DNA of 64,000 nucleotides from Polyangia bacterium (GTDB lineage Bacteria; Myxococcota_A; Polyangia; Nannocystales; Nannocystaceae): NCBI GenBank assembly GCA_030430565.1, contig JAUIKS010000004.1, positions 205,992 to 269,991 of the forward strand, read 5' to 3'. Shown piece by piece: positions 58,012 to 64,000 of this stretch (position 1 is its first letter; each line of letters starts with the position of its first letter). The notes under the pieces were generated by a model. It saw only the letters and a program-made list of their open reading frames with translations, ran no database searches and was not told where the DNA came from. The position numbers and the translations under genes were made by a program.

Positions 58012-58192
58012 AACGATCGGTACGTCAGCGCGGCGCGATCGGATCGACGCGTCGCCGCGTTCAAACTAAGATGTCTTATTAGGCAGTTCATAGGCGCGCG
58101 CGGCGAGCGGCCGCGGCGGCGCGTTCGCGTGGCGTCCTCACGGCGCGCGGGCGCGCGCGTGAGCGCCTGACTGTACGGTCATAAAGAAGGGA

Positions 58193-59407
58193 TCAGGCGA
58201 GCAGGTCCTGGTAGACGCGCACGAGCTGGGCCTGGCGCGTTCGCCATGTCGCGTGGGCCAGGACCTCGGCGCGGGCCTGGGCGCCGAGCCGGGCCTGGCG
58301 CGCGGGGTCGGCGAGGAGCTCGAGCAGCGCCTCGGCGAGCAGCTTGGGGCGCGGGGAGGGGAGCAGCAGGCCGGTGCGGTCGTGCTCGATGATCTCGCGC
58401 GTGCAGGGCAGGTCGGTGGCGATGATGGGGCGGGCCGCGGCCATGTACTCGTAGAGCTTGATCGGGTTGCAGCCCTGGTGCTTGTTGCGGACGTCGCGGC
58501 GCAGCGGCGCGACGCAGACGGTCGCGCGGGCGACTCGCTCGGCGATCGCGCGACGTCCGAGCGCGCCGGTGAGCTCGACCGCGCGCTGGATCTTGAGGCG
58601 CTTGCAGGCGCGCTCGAGCTGCTTGCGCCAGCGCCTGCGCGCGGGTCCGGCGATGGTCAGGGTGAGCGGGCGGACGCGGAGGCAGCGGCGCGCGGCCATG
58701 AGCAGCTCGGCGACCCCCTGCCAGGGCGCGACGGTGCCGACGTAGAGCACCTCGGGCGGGCCCGGGGGCGCGGGCGCGGGGCTCGGCGTCGGGGGAGGAT
58801 CCGCCGCGTTGTGGATCACCGCGGCGGGGGTGCTCGGCGGGAGCCCGCGATCGCGCAGGAAGGCGAGCGTGGTCTGGCTCTGGGTGATGACGCGGGTCGC
58901 GGCGGCGAGGCAGCGACGCTCGCTCTCGCGCAGGCGCAGCAGCAGCTCCTGGGCCTCGCCGACGGCGGGGTGGTGGTACTGCAGCTCGACGCTGGGCAGG
59001 CCGTTGACCTCGAAGATCGCCGGGATCGCGCGGGCGCGCGCGTAGGAGAGCGCGGCCTGCCCCTCGAACACGCCGCGGAAGTGCACGACGTCGGGCCTGA
59101 TGGCTCGCAGCGCGCGGGCGGCCGCGCGCTGGAAGGCGAGCGCGCGCGCGAGGAAGTTGTCGTGGAGGACGCGCTGCGGCCTGTAGACGACGCTGGGGTG
59201 GACGCGCTCGCCGAGCTGGCGCGAGGGCAAGGTGACGAGGTGGGGCTCGGCGCCGGCGTCGGCCAGCGCCGAGCTCATCGCGGCGATCCGGGTCCCGGAT
59301 CCCTTGGCGTTGGGAAATGACTCGAACGCCAGGTAGGCGACGCGCAGCCCGGCGAGCGGGGCGTCGCGCGCGGGCGCGGCGAGGGGGGCGGTGACCGTCG
59401 AGAGCAC
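58193..59407 (-). CDS. GT4-family glycosyltransferase
   Basis: GT-B/GT4 pattern with 'PNAKGSGTRIA' N-terminal motif and C-terminal 'HQGCNPIKLYEYMAAARPIIATD'. Confidence 0.6.
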   Translation of the reverse strand: MLSTVTAPLAAPARDAPLAGLRVAYLAFESFPNAKGSGTRIAAMSSALADAGAEPHLVTLPSRQLGERVHPSVVYRPQRVLHDNFLARALAFQRAAARALRAIRPDVVHFRGVFEGQAALSYARARAIPAIFEVNGLPSVELQYHHPAVGEAQELLLRLRESERRCLAAATRVITQSQTTLAFLRDRGLPPSTPAAVIHNAADPPPTPSPAPAPPGPPEVLYVGTVAPWQGVAELLMAARRCLRVRPLTLTIAGPARRRWRKQLERACKRLKIQRAVELTGALGRRAIAERVARATVCVAPLRRDVRNKHQGCNPIKLYEYMAAARPIIATDLPCTREIIEHDRTGLLLPSPRPKLLAEALLELLADPARQARLGAQARAEVLAHATWRTRQAQLVRVYQDLLA

Positions 59408-59477
59408 GCGCGGTGACGATAGCAGGCGGCGCGCCCGCTGGTCTCGCGCGCGGCGATCTCGTACAGTCGAGCTCGAG

Positions 59478-60278
59478 ATGACGGTAACCGCTGAGCTGCT
59501 CGACGCGCCGACGGTCGACCTCGCGCTCGCGGCGCCGGCGGAGCAGGTCCTGGCGCGCTGCGACGAGATTCACGCGGAGGACAAGAAGGCCGAGCGGCGC
59601 AAGAAGATCGTCATCGGCGTCGGCATCGCGGCCGCGATCCCGACCTTCATCGTGACGGTCGCGGTGTTCGACAACCCCTTCGCGCTGCTCGTGGTGTTCT
59701 TCGCCGGCTTCGGCCTCGCGTACTACATCTACGCGAAGGTCGGCGCGGCCGACGTAGAGGATCGCAAGCTCGAGGTGGTGCAGTCGCTGCTGACGCAGCT
59801 CGGGCCGGAGCTGCGCCGCAACCGCCCGGTGAAGGTCGACGTCGACTTCTCCGCGTACACGCATTCGGGCGGCAGCCACGAGTGGCTCAAGCTGGATCTG
59901 GCGCTGATGGACGGGACCGGCGTGCGCGTGCAGGGCGTCACGTCCTTCAAGCGCAAGACGAGGGCGAAGCGCAAGTACACGAAGATCAAGGACAAGGTGC
60001 GCGACCGGCTGATCGTCACGCTCGCGCCGCCCAAGGGGCACGCGTTTAACACCGGCGCGCAGCTCCAGACTGGCGCGCGGGTCGGCGGGATGACGGTGCG
60101 GCGCTGGAGCGTCAAGCCGCGCGCCGCTCGAGTCGAGTTCGAGACCGGCGTGATGATGCGGGTCAAGGGCCGCCAAGGCTGGACCGGCGTCGGCCTCGAG
60201 GGATCGCTCGACGGGCGGATGGTGCTCGCGGGGATCATGGCGAGCTACCGGATGGTCGCGGCCTCGAACCGCGCGTAG
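59478..60278 (+). CDS. hypothetical membrane protein
   Basis: ATG at 59478; two TM helices 'IVIGVGIAAAIPTFIVTVAVF...LLVVFFAGFGLAYYIY'. Confidence 0.4.
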   Translation: MTVTAELLDAPTVDLALAAPAEQVLARCDEIHAEDKKAERRKKIVIGVGIAAAIPTFIVTVAVFDNPFALLVVFFAGFGLAYYIYAKVGAADVEDRKLEVVQSLLTQLGPELRRNRPVKVDVDFSAYTHSGGSHEWLKLDLALMDGTGVRVQGVTSFKRKTRAKRKYTKIKDKVRDRLIVTLAPPKGHAFNTGAQLQTGARVGGMTVRRWSVKPRAARVEFETGVMMRVKGRQGWTGVGLEGSLDGRMVLAGIMASYRMVAASNRA

Positions 60279-61154
60279 CTACGAGTCGCGCTCGTCCGCG
60301 CGCTCGCGCAGCGCGGCGCGCAGGGCCGCGCCGAGGGTGCGGTGCACGGGTGTGTCTTGGAGCAGCTCCACGCCGCGCTCGGCGAGCTCGCGCGCGAGCT
60401 CCGGGCTGAGCCCGCAGACCGAGCAGCGCGCGCCGAGCAGCGTGACCGCGCGCAGCAGCTTGAGCATGTGCGCGATCGAGCCCTCCGCGGCGAACATCGC
60501 GGCGGTGAGGTCGATGATCAGCGCGCGCGCGCCGTCGCCAGAGACGCGGCTGAGCACGGTGCTCGTGAGGTCGGCGGCGCGCTGCGGATCGATGGCGCCG
60601 ATCAGCGGGAGGCACAGCACGCCGTCGCCGAGGTCGAGCAGCGGCGTGCCGAGCGAGCGGATCGTCTCGCGCTGCGCGTTGATCAGCTCCTGCGCGCGCA
60701 GCTGCTCGCGGCCCCGCGCGATGACCTCGGTCATGTCGGTGTGCGTGCCGGCGAAGCGCACGGGCACGCCCTCGTCGCTCCAGACGGCCTGGCCGCGCGC
60801 GCGGATGATGCGGTACTCGCCCGACTTGGCGAGCATCCGGAATTGTACGTCGTAGGGCGCCTTGCGCTCAAAGTGGGCCTGGACGGCCGCGTTCACGCGG
60901 GGGCGATCGTCCTCGTGGATCAGCGCGAAGAAGGCCGCGGAGTGGTCCTCGACCTCGTCGGGCGCGTAGCCGAGGATAGACTTCCAGCGCCGCGAGAACA
61001 TGACCTCGTCCCGGGTAAGGTCCCAGTCCCAGACGCCGTCGTTGCTCGCCTCGAGGATCAGCTCAAAGCGGGTCCGCGCGGCGGCGAGCTGCTGCTCGAG
61101 CAGCGCGCAGCGGGTGGCGAGGTCGGTTGCTGATACGTCGTCCGTGGTGCTCAT
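60279..61154 (-). CDS. PAS-domain / STAS-domain (anti-sigma-factor-antagonist-like) signalling protein
   Basis: PAS 'ILEASNDGVWDWDL...FSRRWKSILGY', STAS-like 'VLCLPLIGAIDPQRAADL...ALIIDLT'; ATG at 61152-61154. Confidence 0.55.
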   Translation of the reverse strand: MSTTDDVSATDLATRCALLEQQLAAARTRFELILEASNDGVWDWDLTRDEVMFSRRWKSILGYAPDEVEDHSAAFFALIHEDDRPRVNAAVQAHFERKAPYDVQFRMLAKSGEYRIIRARGQAVWSDEGVPVRFAGTHTDMTEVIARGREQLRAQELINAQRETIRSLGTPLLDLGDGVLCLPLIGAIDPQRAADLTSTVLSRVSGDGARALIIDLTAAMFAAEGSIAHMLKLLRAVTLLGARCSVCGLSPELARELAERGVELLQDTPVHRTLGAALRAALRERADERDS

Positions 61155-61218
61155 GACGCGGCGCTGCGCGCGAGTCGTGGTCTCGCGATTTGCGAGATCG
61201 TAGCACTGCACGGGTCGC

Positions 61219-62445
61219 GTGAACCTCGGTCGCGGTCGCTCGCGAACGAGCGGGGCGCGGGCGCCCGCGCGCTCGCGCGGCGCGGGATCGGGTACCCTGG
61301 CGGAGGTGTACGACGTCCCCGCGCTGCTCGACGAGCCGGTGCTGCTCGATCCGCTCGCGGCGAGCGTCCGCGGCGCGGCGCCCCGCTACCTCCGCTCGGT
61401 GAAGATCAAGCTGACGGCGCGCTGCAACCTGCGCTGCGTGATGTGCCGCTACGGGCGCGGCTGGAGCCCGGCCGAGCTCGACGGCGCGCGGATGCTGATG
61501 GCGCTCGACGAGCTCGCGGCGCTCGGCTGTCGCAAGGTTCACTTCTCGGGCGGCGAGGTGTTGGTCCGGCGCGACTTCGAATCGCTGGTCGGGCGCGCGG
61601 CGGCGGCGGGGATGAAGGTGACCTTCACGAGCAACCTGACGCTGCTCGACAAGCCGCGCGCGAAGGCGCTGATGCGGCATAAGATCAGCTCGATCTCGAC
61701 CTCGCTCGACGGCGCGAGCGCGCGCGTGCACGAGGCGGTGCGGCGGATCCCGGGGAGCTTTCGCCGGACGCTGCGGGCCATGCGACTGCTCGCGCGCGAG
61801 CGGGCGCGCCGCGGGCGACGCACGCGGATCCGGGTCAACTTCGTGATGATGCGCGCCAACTTCCGCGACTACCCGGCGCTGATCGAGCTGGCGGCGGAGC
61901 ACGGCGCGACCGACGTCGTGCCGATGCCGGTCGACACGAAGCAGGACGAGCTGCGCCTGTCGAAGCGCTTGATCCGCGAGTACAACGAGGAGCTCGCGCC
62001 GCGCGTGAGGGCCCGGCGCGAGGCGGCGGGGATGCCCGTCGACGAGGCGCTGATCTATCCCTTCGGGCGCGCGAGCGCGGCGATCCGGGAGTCCGCCGAC
62101 GGGCGCTACGCGGGCGGCTACTACCGCGACAGGCCGTGCTACGCGCCGTACCTGCACATGTTCGTGGCCTGGGACGGCAAGGTCTATCTGTGCTGCATGA
62201 CCAACGGGCGGATCGAGCCGCTCGGCGACCTGGCGCGGCAGTCCGCGCGCGAGGTGTTCACGGGCGCGGCGTTCCAACAAGTCCGAAGAGACATGATGCG
62301 CGCGCGCCTGCCGGCCTGCCACGCCTGCGACATGTACACGGCGGAGAACAAGCTGCTGCACGCGGCGCTGGGCGAGGCGGCGAAGGACGCGATCAGCGTC
62401 GAGGGGGCGGGCGCTCGGCGACTCCCGATCGTGTCGGCGGGTTGA
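61219..62445 (+). CDS. radical SAM enzyme with SPASM/twitch-type C-terminal Cys cluster
   Basis: 'CNLRCVMC' CxxxCxxC; C-terminal 'CYAPY...YLCCMTNG...PACHACD' Cys cluster. Confidence 0.65.
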   Translation: MNLGRGRSRTSGARAPARSRGAGSGTLAEVYDVPALLDEPVLLDPLAASVRGAAPRYLRSVKIKLTARCNLRCVMCRYGRGWSPAELDGARMLMALDELAALGCRKVHFSGGEVLVRRDFESLVGRAAAAGMKVTFTSNLTLLDKPRAKALMRHKISSISTSLDGASARVHEAVRRIPGSFRRTLRAMRLLARERARRGRRTRIRVNFVMMRANFRDYPALIELAAEHGATDVVPMPVDTKQDELRLSKRLIREYNEELAPRVRARREAAGMPVDEALIYPFGRASAAIRESADGRYAGGYYRDRPCYAPYLHMFVAWDGKVYLCCMTNGRIEPLGDLARQSAREVFTGAAFQQVRRDMMRARLPACHACDMYTAENKLLHAALGEAAKDAISVEGAGARRLPIVSAG

Positions 62446-62473
62446 TCGGCGCGGCCGCTGGACGAGCGCTGAG

Positions 62474-63145
62474 TCACCGCGCCGCCAACAAGATGAAGTT
62501 ATTGATCCAGTGCGGGACGATCGACGCCCACAGCGAACGGGTGGCGCTGACCAGGACCGCGAAGAGGAGCCCGTAGACGAAGATGGCGCAGGACGAGGTC
62601 AGGAGCTCGAGCCCGTCCTGATGCTCCAGGATCGTCCACTGCGGGACGTGGAGGAGCGTGAAGGCGCAGGCGCTCGCGAGCGTCGCCAGCGCGAGGCCGA
62701 GGCGCTCGCTCAGCTCCCGCAGCAGGACGCCGCGAAACAGCAGCTCCTCCGCGAGCGGGGAGCCGAGGATGAAGTTGAACCAAGCGGCGAAGTCCGTCGG
62801 GATGTGGAGCGCGGCCTGCCGCGCCGCCGGGGCGACGAGGACCGCGACCGAGAAGTACAGCGCCGCGCAGCCGGCTCCGATCAGGACGCCCCGCGGCCAG
62901 CGCTCGCGCAGTCGGAAGTAGTCCACGAGGGGCTGGTCCCGCCGATGCCGTCGATAGAACAGCGCCGCCGGGAGCAGGACGGCGCCGACTCGCGCGAGCG
63001 CGCGCAGCTCGGGGGTCGCGAAGAGAGGCCAGCGCGCCATCAAGGCGCACCATGACGTCCAGAGCGCGAGCGCGGCGAGCGTGTACAACAAGCTGCGGCT
63101 GATCATGGTCCCCGGGGCGCGGTCGCGACCGCCGGAGTGTGCCAC
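62474..63145 (-). CDS. CPBP-family (CAAX/Abi) intramembrane metalloprotease
   Basis: Multi-TM protein with 'EELLFRGVLL' (EExxxR), 'FTLLH' and terminal 'HWINN' motifs. Confidence 0.65.
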   Translation of the reverse strand: MAHSGGRDRAPGTMISRSLLYTLAALALWTSWCALMARWPLFATPELRALARVGAVLLPAALFYRRHRRDQPLVDYFRLRERWPRGVLIGAGCAALYFSVAVLVAPAARQAALHIPTDFAAWFNFILGSPLAEELLFRGVLLRELSERLGLALATLASACAFTLLHVPQWTILEHQDGLELLTSSCAIFVYGLLFAVLVSATRSLWASIVPHWINNFILLAAR

Positions 63146-63178
63146 GATCGGCGGCGCTCCCGAATTCGCGCGTTCGTG

Positions 63179-64000
63179 TCAGCGCTGAAGCGCGCGGCCG
63201 CCCGGGTCGCGCGAGCTGTCGCGAGGACGGATCGAGGGCAGGTTGAGCAGCGCGGCCGCGAGCTCGTCCGGCGCGCGCACGCGGATCGGGCTGCGGCGTC
63301 GCGCGGAGGATCGCGCGAGGCGGAGCGCGAGGCGCTCCATCGCCTCGGGGCGCTCGGGGATGATCGCGAGCGCGCGGGCGCGGCGGCGCTGATCGTCGTG
63401 TCGGCGGGGGCGGGGCAGGCAGAGGTGCCAGCGCCCGAGCGCGATGGTCTCGTAGGACAGGTTGAAGCCCGCGGCGCCGACGATCACGCGGGCGTCGAGC
63501 GCCGCGAGCGCGACCGGCGTCGGGGCTGGATCGACGCGCGCGACCTCGAGGCCGCGCGCGCGCAGCCGACTCGTCAGCCGGCGGTAGAAGTCGAGCAGCG
63601 CCGGCTCGCCGGGGAGCAGGAGGACGTCGCGCTCGGCCGGCGCGCGCGCGAGCGGGCGACAGACCGGCCCGAAGCGCGTGATGTCGTGATGGGCATGTTC
63701 TGGGAGCCAGTCGAGATGGGGCTCGAGGTCGAGCGCCGCGTCGCAGCGCGCGAGCGCGGCGCGAAACTCTGGCCGGGCCGCGCCGCGGTGCAGGCGGAGC
63801 AGCGCGGTGACGCGCAATCCGGCGAGCCGGTCGCCCGCGCGAGGATCGGCTAGTTCGCCGAGCACCCCCGCGGGGAAGCTGTCGACGACGAGATGGCGCG
63901 CGCGGGTCTGGAGCAGCGCCGCGTCGAGCCGAGCGCGGAGGCGCGCGCGGGCGTCGGGGCTGTCGCTGGGGCCAGGCGGTCGGGGGCAGGGGATCACGCG
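63179..64000 (-). CDS. hypothetical protein (3' part; may extend beyond window)
   Basis: Long minus-strand ORF with coding-like codon bias; no confident motif. Confidence 0.3.
   Translation of the reverse strand, partial: RVIPCPRPPGPSDSPDARARLRARLDAALLQTRARHLVVDSFPAGVLGELADPRAGDRLAGLRVTALLRLHRGAARPEFRAALARCDAALDLEPHLDWLPEHAHHDITRFGPVCRPLARAPAERDVLLLPGEPALLDFYRRLTSRLRARGLEVARVDPAPTPVALAALDARVIVGAAGFNLSYETIALGRWHLCLPRPRRHDDQRRRARALAIIPERPEAMERLALRLARSSARRRSPIRVRAPDELAAALLNLPSIRPRDSSRDPGGRALQR

Overview
This is a high-GC (about 70%) bacterial chromosomal segment densely coded on both strands. Its content (many lipoprotein signals, several Cys-rich secreted protein families, PT/ST-rich linkers, GTG starts) is most consistent with a myxobacterium-like Deltaproteobacterium; that taxonomic call is an inference.

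The first ~22 kb is mostly housekeeping:
- a partial MBL-fold hydrolase
- an Mla-like ABC/MCE transport operon (permease, ATPase, MCE protein carrying a Cys-rich insert)
- an alpha/beta hydrolase preceded by a small RHH protein, a TetR regulator, a DksA/TraR-type zinc-finger protein, lgt and a lipase-like hydrolase
- a tRNA with CAT anticodon (minus strand) followed by a clear hairpin plus T-run terminator
- a thiolase / 3-hydroxyacyl-CoA dehydrogenase / crotonase / acyl-CoA dehydrogenase operon (beta-oxidation or butyrate type) with a second ACAD
- a repeat-dense intergenic region, an outer-membrane-protein-like gene with an in-frame 12-nt tandem repeat, rlmD, holA, rpsT and a cyclophilin PPIase

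From ~22 kb onward the content is accessory:
- a secreted protein with ~40-aa Cys-rich repeats plus a LamG-like C-terminus
- a 3-gene module: a 4-TM membrane protein with a beta-domain, a standalone paralogous small beta-domain protein, and a small P-loop NTPase
- a tandem array of FIVE paralogous Cys-rich lipoprotein genes (25.9-30.9 kb) with a near-identical ~190-nt DNA block in every copy
- a tightly coupled minus-strand 4-gene oxidative operon: a heme-oxygenase-like di-iron protein, two class-B flavin monooxygenase-like paralogs, and an FAD-binding protein with a C-terminal membrane domain. Start/stop codons overlap as ATGA, and the operon sits behind an unusually AT-rich promoter region
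- a Ser/Thr kinase gene remnant
- several secreted alpha/beta hydrolases, an extended PBP4-type DD-peptidase, two VWA lipoproteins, an M28/PDZ peptidase and two GT4 glycosyltransferases
- a c-type cytochrome cluster: tetra-CxxCH DUF1111-like tandem fusion, DUF192-like protein, tandem CxxCH P460-like lipoprotein
- a PAS-STAS protein, a radical-SAM/SPASM enzyme and a CPBP intramembrane protease

No CRISPR array, rRNA, transposase or integrase is recognisable. Many long antisense or out-of-frame ORFs in the supplied track are GC-bias artifacts.
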